A DNA stretch of 64,000 nucleotides from Paragordius varius. Lineage: Eukaryota > Animalia > Nematomorpha. Under the pieces are notes generated by a model that saw nothing but the letters and a program-made list of their open reading frames with translations, was not told where the DNA came from and did no database searches. A program made the translations under genes and the position numbers. The stretch covers positions 2,480,001-2,544,000 of the forward strand of contig OZ176054.1 of assembly GCA_964247055.1 (NCBI GenBank). Reading direction: 5' to 3'. Positions within the stretch are counted from its first letter, which is position 1, and the number at the start of each line of letters is the position of its first letter. Of the stretch, positions 51,501 to 63,782 are shown piece by piece.

Positions 51501-53871
51501 GAATTATACATCATTGAGGGCTGGACAACTGAACTGTAAATCTTACCTTTCACTCTAACATCAATATTTCGATCGCATAATACGCTCGAAATTTTCTTCC
51601 AATTTACCCAGCTGCTCTTTATTCTTAAATTAATATCGTCAGTTAACGAACCATCTGCACTTAACATAGCTCCCAGATATTTGCAACTTTCTTTACCCTT
51701 CAGAACCCAACTATCATCAACTACCATTTCATGTTGTGGACCCCCAAAAGTAATAAGTTCGGTTTTTGCTTTGTTTATTTTCAGACCATATTGATCCAGC
51801 ATAACAACCCATCTGTTTACCGTTCGCTTTAACTCAATTAATGAATCAGACAAGATGATTATGTCATCTGCATAAATTAAGTACCATCCTGAACTCACAT
51901 TAACAACCTTGGCTACCTCGTCCATACAAATTATAAACAATAAGGGGCTGAGTGATGAGCCTTGGTAGACTCCATAAAAAATATATAAAATATAGGTAAT
52001 TTTAAATCTTAAAAAACATATATTTTTATTTGTAGGAGGGTGAATTTGAATTGTTCAAGGGTGAATTTGAATTGTTCAAGTGAATTTGAATTGTTTAAGG
52101 GTGAAATTGAAGTGTAAATGGTTTAGTATATACTATTTCAAAATTTATTAAATCATCAAACCTTTTGGAAGTTTTGCTTGCTTTTGACGATTCAAATTTG
52201 TACCGTACAATCCCGCTAGGCAGTAAAAACCCATGTTTACTATCAGGTGGATATTCATTCCAAGGTAATAATTTATATTTTACGCGAAAACTTAAATGCA
52301 TTTTGGTAAAATTTGTTAAGAGTAATGCTTGTTTTTTTCTTGTGGTCCATAAATTAAAGATGAGAGTTGATGGATATTTGTTAGTTTTTGTATCTCTTTT
52401 TATCAGGGAAAATGTTCGCTTTCGATCAGGAAAGTGCCAATTAAATGATATTTCTAAATGATATTTTATGTGATATGCAAATTAAAAAAATGATTTTACA
52501 GTAAAAATTGATATTATATTCAACTTAAAAATCAAAAGACAAATATTTTTGAAAAAAAAGAACAATACTTTATTAAACCTTAATTTTTATGCAACTCATC
52601 GTTTTGGTTAACAAAGTAGGGAAAATAGAGATGTAAATTGGTAACGCGCTTAATTCTATATAATTAAATTGTAATAGTAGGAAAAAATCAAGGTTTTACA
52701 AAAGCATGGTGGTTTTTTTTTAAAAAAATATTTGTCCATTATTTTTTACATATTATCTATATAATATCATTTATTCATATTTGGATATAATAAATGATGA
52801 TATCTTTTAATCATTCTGAGATTTAGTTTCATAATCTTACAAATTATTAATATGATAGTTAATTTTTAGATGATGGCTTTTTTGAAAATTTCAAAAATTT
52901 ATAGAAGATAATCATAAAAATATTACCGTTTGATGGTATATGCACAAATGTTCTATTCACATAATAAATATGCAATCTTAGGGTATGTAAATATGGTGTC
53001 AAAAAATATGGCATAATTTGCGTGTATGTCAAACTTTGTAACTCTTTAACATTATTTTCTTGAGAGATTGCGGATAATTCCTTATGTGCAAAAATTTCAA
53101 CATTCAATGTATTTATATAGCTTCCATAACCTAAACAATAAAATATAAATATTATAGATAGTTACAAAAAACTCTAAAATTTTATAAACTACTTTGTCCG
53201 TCCGGAAAAGATAAAAAGTTTACCACTGAAAATAAGGTAAATAAAACTATTCTCGTTAACCACAGTTTGTTTTTTTAAAAACAATCTACTTTTTCGGTTT
53301 CAAAATGATTTTAAAAACGGTTTCAAAAACGATAAAAATAAATCCGGTTCAAATCCCAATAATTATTTTTAAACTTGTAACAAATATAATGATAAACAAA
53401 CCTGTCATATATTTCTGACTACTAAAATATGGCAATGAAAAGGTTGTTTGAGATTCATTCTGAGAAGCAGTTGAATTCAAAATAAATTTGTTCAAAAATG
53501 AAAAATTTGATAAAACGATAGGATCTGACAAATTTCGGGTCCCCAGTACATCATATAAATTCTAAATAAAATAAAAAAATTAAACAGAAAATTCTTTCAA
53601 AAAATATCAAAATTTTAGTTATTTTTTTAAAAAAATTTATACATGCGCATTTGGTTGTAATAGATGTAACATAGGGCTTTCTTTAACTAATGGACATGCA
53701 AGGGATTTTTCATTACCATTGTGATAATGGTCGGAATGGCCATAGTTTTTGTGCAAAAATTTAACTGCACATGCAAATTATAAATATATATTTATGTATA
53801 TATATATCACCCATATTTTGGAAAAACTTATATTTGCTAAAATGCAATGTTAAGCACTATAAAAAATAAAT

Positions 53872-53911
<40 letters not shown>

Positions 53912-55543
53912 AAAAGTCTTGATAAATTTGTTTGTAGCATTAAATGGATAAATCATAACATTAAAAAATGTAACTTTTCATTCTTTTTATATTTGAAGTA
54001 ATATGTATAAAATAAATAAATTAAAATCAATTTTAACATAAAATCTCAAATTTTACTTAAACTAAGCGATTGATCAGATCCGGAGATAAGGTTTAAACGA
54101 TCTAAAACATCAAATCGCGACACGTATTCAACATTGATGGAATTGGTATCTTTGTCCACTTGCGTTTTAACATGGATGCAAAATCCAAAATATGCTTTTA
54201 AGAACCATTTACTTTCCATTATTAGCGTTGCTAAACCCGACTATATTTATTTAAATATAAATCTAAGATATTTTAATTTGTAAAAATAATTATTGAAGAT
54301 GTATCGTAGACCAACTCACTATTACCAGATTGTGTGTACACACATTAAAAAGGTTATTAAAATTTTAATTAAATTTTTTTCAACATTAACTTACTAAAAC
54401 GAAAAATATAATAAATATTTATATTGTTTTTGGTTATGGGGCTCTTTAAAATTCCCACGAGCTCGTGAATTTGTGGAAAGTTATATTCAACTATCAATTA
54501 TAAGTTAAAAACTAAGTGCTTATATATAAAAAAGCATAATTATCAGCAGGAGAATTGATTTCAAATTCAAAGATATCAATTAGGAAGAAAATTAAACTAA
54601 AATTGTATATAGAATCCCTAGATTGTGCCACCAATTAAAAAATAAAGTATCACAAAAAAAGAACGGATGTTAGCACAATTTTATGGAAAAAAAACTAAAT
54701 TAAGGAAAGCAAAAATTACTTGAAGCCCGCATGGCATCATTTTTTTCCATTTACTCAAATTTTCAATGCAGACCGCTTCAACCGGAACTATTGTCATTTT
54801 TGTCACGATAGAATTATCTGTAATCGTGTCATTAATTGAATATATGGTTGACGATGTGGAGAGAGATGTGCAAAATACACCACCCAAAATGTTCAGTAAA
54901 AATTCCCATTTTTCATCGATATCCAGAGTTCCTTTTCTATAACATTTATAATAAAATTTAAGACAAATGTTAATGTACATTAGAACCAACCATATTTTCC
55001 ACCCTGTTATTTTAGAATTTACTCTAACTAATAATAATAGGAAATATGTGATTGAGTTTGTTATTAAATTACAACCCTAAACGATAAGTTAACTAAAAAA
55101 AACTAAGATTTGAAAACGTATGGCTGCAAAATTTATCTTTCAGTTAAGTTTTCTTTTAAATTTAATTTTTCGTGTGTATTAAAGTTTTAAAAACAATAAC
55201 CTAAAACTAGCCTTTAAATAAAGGCCAGATGGAAAATCTTCAGGAATATGAGGTCCATATATCACATGGTCCCATTGCTTTTGAGTCATAGACAAAGTAA
55301 AATCACTGATATTATGGAATAAAATTAATTCATACAAATAGGCCGGTATATATTTTCTATAATGGGAACCTAGTCTAAATTCCAAAATTTACCCAAAATA
55401 AGTGTTTCCTCTATTTTAAATTCATACAAGGCATGCAGATAGTTTTGATCTTTGTCAATAATGTTCATATACATGTTTTCAGAATATACACTATAAATTT
55501 CATATAAAAGGTTTGAGAAATATAAAATTTTTAGGATTAACAT
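48404..55543 (-). CDS. PIGT: GPI transamidase component PIG-T (Gpi16), 579 aa, 10 exons
   Basis: Exons (high-low) 55543-55393, 55369-55201, 54936-54720, 54240-54063, 53764-53643, 53561-53402, 53130-52927, 52453-52162, 48740-48582, 48491-48404. Total 1740 nt, in phase. Motifs [37 protein letters not shown] (includes the Cys that links to PIG-K), [54 protein letters not shown] and a C-terminal TM helix. Confidence 0.95.
48544..48575. repeat. (AT)16 microsatellite in PIGT intron 9
   Basis: Direct reading. Confidence 0.95.
48770..49066. mobile_element. TA-flanked MITE, CAGTAAAAATT family (pogo/Tc1-like)
   Basis: TA|CAGTAAAAATTGGAATTATACGGACAAAACGTAAAAATATAAAGACAAA ... TTTGTCTTTATATTTTTACGTTTTGTCCGTACAATTTGAATTTTTACTG|TA; about 50-bp TIRs. 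Another truncated copy starts near 50596. Confidence 0.8.
50849..52121. mobile_element. Foldback-type element family C (GGGTGAATTTGAATTGTTCAA 21-bp arrays) carrying an RTE insertion
   Basis: TA|CCATTAGTTCAAG with about five inverted units (50860-50955), and about four direct units at 52038-52121 ending GTGTAAATGG. Confidence 0.8.
51086..51975 (-). mobile_element. 5'-truncated RTE-clade non-LTR retrotransposon, uninterrupted RT C-terminal frame
   Basis: [13 protein letters not shown]...YADD...CKYLG...[11 protein letters not shown]...[12 protein letters not shown]; (TAA)n 3' tail; 18-bp TSD AAAAAATATATAAAATAT at 51068-51085 and 51976-51993. Confidence 0.93.
53875..53908. repeat. (AT)17 microsatellite in PIGT intron 4
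   Basis: Direct reading. Confidence 0.95.
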
Positions 55544-55619
55544 GTGCTGCTGCCCCACCTTCAAATATAAATTTGCTTATTCATATAATCATGTGTGTCA
55601 AAATTTAAATTTTAACGAA

Positions 55620-58600
55620 ATGGAACGGAGCGACGATATAATCATTCAATCCCCTGATTTTAAATTGCTAATCACCAAAAATTGTCAAAACTTACATATT
55701 AACTTAAAGGATGATTCCAAAAAATATTTTAAACAACTAATAAACCAATCAAAATCATTTAATTATCCCAATAAATCATTAACCTCCATATCTATGTATT
55801 CTAGCAAGGCTTGTCAGACGTTACCGCTAAATATGTCTAAAATTAGGCCTATTTGTTATGATTCTTTTAAAATTGGCTCTAAAGCCGATCATTCCAAACC
55901 CGAGTTAAGTAAATTAAAGCATAGCGAAAAATACCCTAGAAATAACGTTAATATTCCAATAAAAAATGACACAATGACAATCAATACAAAGGTAATGTAA
56001 CGCTTTTTTATTGATTTTCTGTGGCACATTTATTTTTCTAATCATAACGATCCTATAACATTCCTATATTCCGCAAATTATATATTTATATTAAAAAAAT
56101 TTTGTAAATACTTTTTTGTTTAACACAATTATTAAACTTTTAATCTAAATATCAGAATTAATAGGTAAAGGCCCAAATAATTTTTTGATTAGTTAAAAAT
56201 GTTATTAAATAATTTAAAAACAATTTTAACAGTGAATTTAGTTTTAGGTTGTGAAGACTTATCGGTGGTATATTTTTATTATATAATTGTACGAATCTGT
56301 GGGTAAACGACGAATGTTTGATAATGCAAATGATATGGAGATCGCCGTAAAATAAAATAAAACTAATTTATTCATTCCCAAATTTGCACCATAGGCATCA
56401 TTAGAAGATTCGATTAATAAATGGAAATATACACATGAATAAACTTTTTATTTTTTTTTGTTTTTAACATTGTCCATTTCTTAATTGAATCTCCAGGACA
56501 CGCCTTTGGTAAAAATTTAGAATCACTGAATTAGTTAAATTTTGTCTCGGCTATCATAATATTAAATGGTTAACTAATTTTCCATCACTCACATCATTTA
56601 TTCGTATATAAAAACTGACTTTAATGAGCGGGAATAAATTATTTCTACTTGTCGTAAGACCGGTCATTAATATTGACGGTCGAAAAACCAATCCTACGCA
56701 AGAACTAACCTGTATTCGATATCCATTAAGGTTATAAAAACCTGAGAGTATTTAAAAGTTTTTATTAGTATAGACCAGTGATACTCAAACCGCGGCCCGC
56801 GGGCCGCATGCGGCCCGCAGTGTGCTTTAAAAATGCACTATGACTGATATTTATTTTTTTTTAAATAATATTTATTTTTTACCCAATTTGAAATGTAGAA
56901 AAATTTTCTACATTAAAATGATTTTAAAATTTATGATTTATGGGCACACGTTGTTTCTTCTTCTTTTCTTTTTGAAATTTTTATTGCATTTCTTTTTTGT
57001 TTTCACCCATTGCACATACATTTCATTGCTATCCTGCATCATTTTTAAAACTCATTCTCATAAAATATTTTCAACTCAATATCATTAAATTTCGACCTGT
57101 TTTTTATAGCATAATTCATATATATTCCTATCTTTTTTACATAATATTTAAACATAAATTCAAAGGATGACATCTAATGCCAAAAAACGTAAATTATCCG
57201 ATGAAAATCGCTCCTTTAAAAAAGAATGGGAAACTAATTTTTTTGTCGTTTTAAATAACAATGTTGCTACCTGTCTTATATGCAAAGACAATATAATTAT
57301 AAAAAAATTCAATATTGAAAGACATTTTAAATTCCATCATTCTTATAAATTACCAGAAAATCTTGAGGAAAGAAATGAAAAATATAAAAATTTTAAGGAA
57401 TTATACGAGAAAGAAAAATCTATTATGGCCATAGCTTTTTCCCAGGAAAAAGCTGTAACATTAGCTTCGTATGAAATATGCTATATTTTAGGAAAAAATA
57501 TGAAACCGTTTACTGATTCCCAACTAATAAAAGAATGTTTAATAAATGGTTGCACTTTTTTATTTGATAAATTCCATAATAAAGATCAAATCATGAAGCA
57601 AATTAAAAAACTTCAACTTTCTGATTCAACATGTGCTCGACGCATTGAAGATATGTCTAAATATATTTTTAACAATACATATTGGCTCTGAAAAATTGCA
57701 AATACCTCAGTATTGCAATCGATTCCAGCACTGATAAAGTTCAACACCTCAATGTGCGCTCTTCGTGAAATTTTGCAACGACAACTAAATCAACGAGGAA
57801 TATTTGAAATTTTTACCAATGAATAATACCACAAAAGGCAGTGATTTTCTTGAAGTAATTAGCACCTTTTTCGATAATAATGGTATATCTGTGAAAAAAT
57901 TGGTTTCGATCTGCACAGATGGCTGTCCCTCTATGATTGGAATAAACAAAGGGTATACAGAAATCGCTTAACTAATGATCATATGGACGACGTATTAAGA
58001 ATGGCCTGCCATGAGACGAAACCAAATTTGTCAAAAATTATTGGTTAATATTAAAATAAATGTTATTATCAATATATTTTAATTTTTAAAACTAAATGGT
58101 ACAAAACGAATTTTTAGCTGGATTTACATGCGACCCGCAAAAAATTTATTGTGCTGATTTAGAGTATAAATATGTGCGTTGTCAAATACCTATGGAATAT
58201 TTGCCATTATAAGGTTCATGGCCCTCGAAAAAAAATATGTTTTATTTGGCCCGTCAAATTTTTTTGGTGAGTACCACTGGTATAGACTATAAACTCTATT
58301 TTTCTAACGATAACGCTTCTAGGATTTGACTCGTTTAATTCAACGCATCGTGCACAGAGAATTGCAACACAGAGAAGGGGAAAAACACTCTCAAGTCAAT
58401 AAACCCTCGATTTCTGACGTGGAAAACGATGAGGTTCAAAGTTCCCAGGATTCAGTTGCCAGTACACTTGTAACATCTCTTCAGGACATTTCTTTAACTC
58501 AAAAATCAGAATCTCATAATAATCATCAGCAGAAACGTAGACACGAAAGGCCAAAATCTAAAAATCATAAAAGTTTATGTTACGAATTATTGCCAAAAGC

Positions 58601-61600
58601 GTTAGATATAGTCAATGAAAGCATAAAATTTGCACGTAAGACGATTTTGATTATATTAATATATACCATTTGCACTTCAAGAGTGTCCTTGAACAGTTCA
58701 AGTTGGTTCTTGAACATTTCAAGTTGGTCCTTAAAATTAATAAATTTTGGTTTAACCATAATTTTTGCATTTATTTTTATAGTTTATCATTTATCAACCT
58801 AATTATTTATTATATATTTATTCATTTAAAAATAAAAAATTTTATTGATTTTTTGTTTCAAACTATTTTTTTTCAATTGAACAAAATTATTGACTTTTAA
58901 ATGTTTTTAATGAAAAATTTTAATTATTAACCTAGAAAACTTATATATTTTTACATTTCGTGTTATTCCTTATAAATATTCAAAATTATTATAAGAAATT
59001 AATAAAGATATACGGTTTCTCCAAGATTAAAAGTTGATATCGATGAATTTATGTTAAATAATAGGAAATAGGTTAAAAACAATAAAATAGATGAATTATT
59101 TACGATTTGATTGATAAAAGTTAAAAACAAAACAGTCAAAGGGCCAACTTGAAGTGTTTAAGGACCAACTTGAAAGTTTTCAAGGATTAACTTAAAGTGT
59201 TCAAGGACCAACTTGAATTGTTCAGGAACCAACTTGAAATGTTCAAGGACACTCTTGAAGTGCAAATGGAATACATATTTTTTCGTGCCAAGATTTAAAT
59301 GTTTAGCTTCAGAATATGTAAATCTAATTGTATTATATATATCTTTTTTCAAAAATATGCAAAAAATTGACTTTGGTAATTGCCCATTTTTTATTTATAC
59401 TAATATTTTTATACATTTTAAGATACGTATCCTCCATTGATTAAATATCACCATAATACCAATAACGTTAATACCCAAACGCCGTCACAATCCCTGTTAA
59501 CAACCAATGCATACGGACAAATATATCATTCAACCCCGCTAAAACCGGAATTACTACCCAAAATATCAAACATTTCTACAGATGATTTCAATGACTCATC
59601 CCAATTTTCAGGCGGCAAACTTCAGCAGTCAAAAAAATCCAATTTTGATTACCCAATTTCAGTCTCTGCGTCTTCGATTGAAAACAATTCGACACAGAAT
59701 AGTTTTAGTACCGTAATCAAAAAAAATATCAAAATAAGTGAAACTCTATCCACAGATTATTTTGTTGAGGAAACAAAACATAAATGTGAGAATTATAATC
59801 CATCTTGGAATTTAACCCAATCTTTTGGTGATACTCGGATGAATATATCTGATATCTCCACAGTCTATGAACATCTACCAATGTCTAAAGAGCAAAGTTT
59901 GATTGAAAGTTTAAAAAACCACCATACAATCACATCTCCATGCAAAAATCAGGAAACTCCCGGTCAGAAAAAATATTGTGAAGCCCAAACACAAACCATA
60001 TTTGCAACGCCATTAAAAAGCAACGAATCAAATATAGTAGATAATACCCAAAATACAATACTAACTAATAGTTATGATCCACAGATTGTAAATGAAAAAC
60101 TTATAGTTACAAAATTCTCAGATAAAACTACACCTGATATCACAAATAATTCTCCACCAAACGTTGGTTCATGTCTTTCATTATTTAATGGTGAAGCATT
60201 TGAAACATCGACCCAAAATAATAATGAAAGCTTGGAGGAAACGTATACAGACAAACCATTAATTGAAAGTAAGAATAACATTAAAGAAATTTCAAACATG
60301 AATCAACTTGATGGCAAATCAACCGATGAAACGGATAATATTGTAGATTCTGGTATTTATACACCAACAATGCCTTATATTACAAATACTACCAAAACCA
60401 GTCAAGTTGAAAATAAACACCCTTCTTCTTTACTAAAATCCAGTGCGGTGTCATTAGATAACTTTGCTAAAAATATGGAAGAAAGTATAATCATTTCAGA
60501 ATATCCAACAAGTCCAGATAAGCTGACACTTCAGGTAAATATTTTTTTCTAATAATTCGTCCGTTTAACAATCTTGGATAACAATTTGAAAATTTGATTT
60601 TTGCAACCTTGAAACCATTCCATTTGCCCTTAATCTAAACTATTTTTGATTAAATAAATTACATAAACCATCGAAAGTTTGATTAATATCATTGTGATTT
60701 AACTTTGTCCCATTGTATTGGTAAGACCTCTCAACTCCTTTCAGTTTAATGATGTAATTAAATAATATAACTTATTTTTCAAATCATTTTAACGCAATGT
60801 TATTGAGTTATTAAAAAAATTTTCGTTTATGATTTAGAGAATATATATTTTATATATCATTATAAATGCGCTAAAATATATGTGTGACTTATTTTATTTA
60901 TTAGCTTTATAAACTTATAATTAGTCGGCCTTTAATATCGACCATCTATTAGATTTTAAGGGCATATCTCTTTCTATAAATTAGAAATTATTTATCATAA
61001 AAATATTTTTTCAGTAATATTTGGATAATTCAAACAATGGTAATTAGTCCATAATTTGTAAATTTTAGTCTTTTAAAACTTGATTTGGCCATATTATTCT
61101 TTTCTTTAAAATAATATTACTTATTTTACTTTAAAAATTTTCAAAAAGTTTTATTATGTATAAATAGCTGGGCTAACAAAATTATTTTTACCAATAAATA
61201 ATTTTAATGACAGTGTAATAGTTTTAAATCCAATTTTAATTATATTAATCAATCATTCAATCAATAATACAGGAGGCCCTGAAAACATTCCGTCCCGATT
61301 TCATAGTTAATAGCTGGTGTCGTCAACAACACATTAAACTGTTGGCCGAAAAACGCAAGTTGAAATCGTACAAAAGCCATCAACATCATTATATGAGCCA
61401 AAGTTCTTTGCATTCTGCCTCAGTATCTCCGTTTTCCGATACCTTTAGTTCAAAGACTACTTCGTATTCTCAGCCCCTGTCAAACAAACAAAGACGTGTT
61501 TTACAGCTACACTTAAGGCGTAAACAGGCACCGCTCCTCATAAATAAACGGCGGCCTACAAATTATGGCGAAAAGTCTTTTGAAAGTCGAAATATGAAAG

Positions 61601-61722
61601 TTTTAAATGGTTCAAAGCATATCTCGAACAAAACTTTAAAGGACAAAAACCAAACTCAATTACCCTTTTATGCTAATTTATCTTCTAAACGATTGTACCA
61701 TAGCAATCATGTTTTGAATTAA
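55620..61722 (+). CDS. ALMS-motif protein (ALMS1/CEP295/C10orf90-like), 748 aa, 4 exons
   Basis: Exons 55620-55991, 58323-58635, 59423-60534, 61273-61722. Total 2247 nt, GT-AG, in phase. Long S/T/N-rich low-complexity body. The exon 3/4 junction gives TLQEALKTFRPDFIVNSWCRQQHIKLLAEKRKLKS, matching the first half of the ALMS motif as I recall it (TLQESL..HRPDFI..S..R...LKL....RKLQS). The frame is also open from an upstream ATG at 55542. Confidence 0.8.
56776..58279 (+). mobile_element. Internally deleted hAT transposon (Buster/SPIN/GTF2IRD2-like)
   Basis: TIRs CAGTGATACTCA / TGAGTACCACTG; perfect 8-bp TSD GTATAGAC (nnnTAnnn). ORF 57167-57691 with CLIC...RHFKFHH zinc finger and LQLSDSTCARRI; frameshifted continuation SIAIDSSTD, ICTDGCPSMIG, then a jump to C-terminal LTNDHMDDVLRM. 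Confidence 0.95.
58666..59269. mobile_element. Foldback-type element family B, full-length 604-bp copy
   Basis: TA|CCATTTGCACTTCAAGAGTGTCCTTGAACA ... TGTTCAAGGACACTCTTGAAGTGCAAATGG; 21-bp GGACCAACTTGAAxTGTTCAA arrays in both arms. Confidence 0.85.
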
Positions 61723-62279
61723 AGGGTCAAATATATGGCTTAAAATGTGTTTAGCTTAATACTTTATATCATATCCTTTGGTTATTGACCTCATAATCAT
61801 TAATGTATAGGTACAATTTCTTGTTTTGATGGGAATTTCCCTTTTTAAAATAATTGATTTATAACCATAATAATACCTAATAAACTAGTGGCAAAGCAAA
61901 ACACTAAATCAATTAACTTGCAAAACAACCGGTTATTGACATTAACTGAAATCAAATCATTTATAAAAATAGTAATTTGGTTATTAAACTATACATATGA
62001 TAATCGATTCGGATATCCGGAGACAATCTTAACTTCTTGTTATATTTCTCATAAATGATATTACAATATTATGTAATTAAATATTTAATAAATTTGTGTT
62101 ATTACATTATTTTATTGAGTTAGATAATTTAATAAAATGGTTGATTTGAGATATTGTATATTTAGTTGTTCTTGTAAAATATTAAATATGAGGAGAGGCT
62201 ATGAGACACCATTTTTAACCCGTCCGTGCTTTTACGGGTAGATATGGCGCCACTTGTATTACTCTATTGTCTTGGGATG

Positions 62280-62558
62280 TCAAAAATTTATCCACCGTAA
62301 TTTTTCTGCGGTCCTCACAAAATATTATAATTGTTGATATTATAAAAATAAAAAGATTCTTACTTTAGAAACAATTTGTAGACTCGTTCTTTTAAAGACT
62401 TGTAAGCAACAGAGAATCCTGATACATTTTCTGTAATAAGATTATATGTCTCATCAGGATATATATATGTTTGCATTGTATACCAGAAAAGAAACAATTT
62501 CAGTTTTTTTATACCAACTATCTCAAGAGAGGCGTTATTTTTTTTCTCAATACTCTCG
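62280..62558 (-). CDS. Candidate last two exons of an unidentified minus-strand gene entering from the right
   Basis: 62558-62364 is a 195-nt stop-free AG/GTAAG-bounded segment (ESIEKKNNASLEIVGIKKLKLFLFWYTMQTYIYPDETYNLITENVSGFSVAYKSLKERVYKLFL). A 50-nt intron and 62313-62280 give KTAEKLRWINF-stop. No family recognised. Confidence 0.4.
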
Positions 62559-63534
62559 CTATAAATTATGACTTAAGCTTTTTCACAACTGGCATAAAAT
62601 AAATTTATTAATAATTTCCATTTAAATAAATATATATCAAAAATAATGCTAAATTGTAATAATTAATTTAGAAACCAATTTAAAACCTTTTAATTTTTAC
62701 AATTATTGCGTGATGGCATCGTAATACAAGACTAGTATGTAAATGTAATTATGTTTATCAAGATCATCATGCAGAATAAAAAAAATTCAAATTTAAATAA
62801 ATATTATAAAAGTGAGTTGAGTATATATGGTATTCTTTGGGCATTGTGTTTTCATGATAATGTAATAAATATAAAACTACTACTGCAATAAATTATATCA
62901 ATATAAATGTTACATACATTATTTTAATTACTAGAAAAATAATTTAAATTATATTTGTCTTCATCCGTGTCTGATGTTTTATCCAGGAGTGAACTGTGGT
63001 ACGAAATTGCGATATTACCTTCATACTTTGTTGTCTCTGTGCCTTGTTATATATAAAAAAGTTTGTAATTTTATTTAATTATGCGGCTTTAACCCAAAAC
63101 ATTTAAGAATTGACCATATAAAAAATATAAATATAAAACACTGCCAAACAGCTGAATAAATCATCAGTACATTCGCCATAATTGATTAAAATATAAATAA
63201 AAAGTATTTTAACGCAAAAAAGTGATAATATATATATTGATACAAACATGAATCAGAATTATCATGGTTGGTTTGGACCTTACGTGTGTTTTTAGGAAAG
63301 TTAATTTTACTTATGTGGTATTTTTCCATATCAATTTCAAAATTACTTGGTGAAACTTAAACTCTTTATTCAAAATATCGATCAAATATATCTATCTATG
63401 TATTAACAAAGCAATAGAATATTTATGCTAATTTTATTTTTTTATATAAGCTCCAATGTCTCAAAATTCTAAACCCTTTCTAAAATCGACTAGTTTTCTT
63501 ATAAATAGGCAAACTCAGGAGATTGCACGATAAT

Positions 63535-63782
63535 AAATTACAGTTTAAATTCACCCTTGAATAATTCAATACCCTAAAATAAATTGTGTGTTTATCTACG
63601 ATTAAAAATTACCTTTATTTATGAAATTCTTAAAATATAAAATTCTGTTTAAAATTAATTAAATGCTGAAAAAACAATAAACTATGTCGTAAAAAAATGA
63701 TGAGTTGCATTAGCCCCAAAACACATTATTCAATTTTAGGGTGAATTTCAACGGTTCAAGGGTGAATTTGAATTGTAAATGG
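63535..63782. mobile_element. Short family-C foldback copy (left end eroded)
   Basis: AAATTCACCCTTGAATAATTC at left; GGGTGAATTTCAACGGTTCAAGGGTGAATTTGAATTGTAAATGG|TA at right. Confidence 0.65.

Noticed and set aside
52095-52161. Apparent disruption of PIGT by a transposon at YTK|PFTLQFHP-stop
   Set aside because: A phase-2 donor at 52161 joins the acceptor at 48740 in frame and restores [17 protein letters not shown], so the element is intronic.
54681-55564. Stand-alone ORF-track proteins at 54681-54989, 55179-55385 and 55370-55564
   Set aside because: They are PIGT exons 1-3 with intronic extensions, not separate genes.
62930-63050. Minus-strand open segment QGTETTKYEGNIAISYHSSLLDKTSDTDEDKY as the next upstream exon of the 62.3-62.6 kb candidate
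   Set aside because: Its only nearby donor is phase 1, incompatible with the phase-2 acceptor at 62558; left unassigned.
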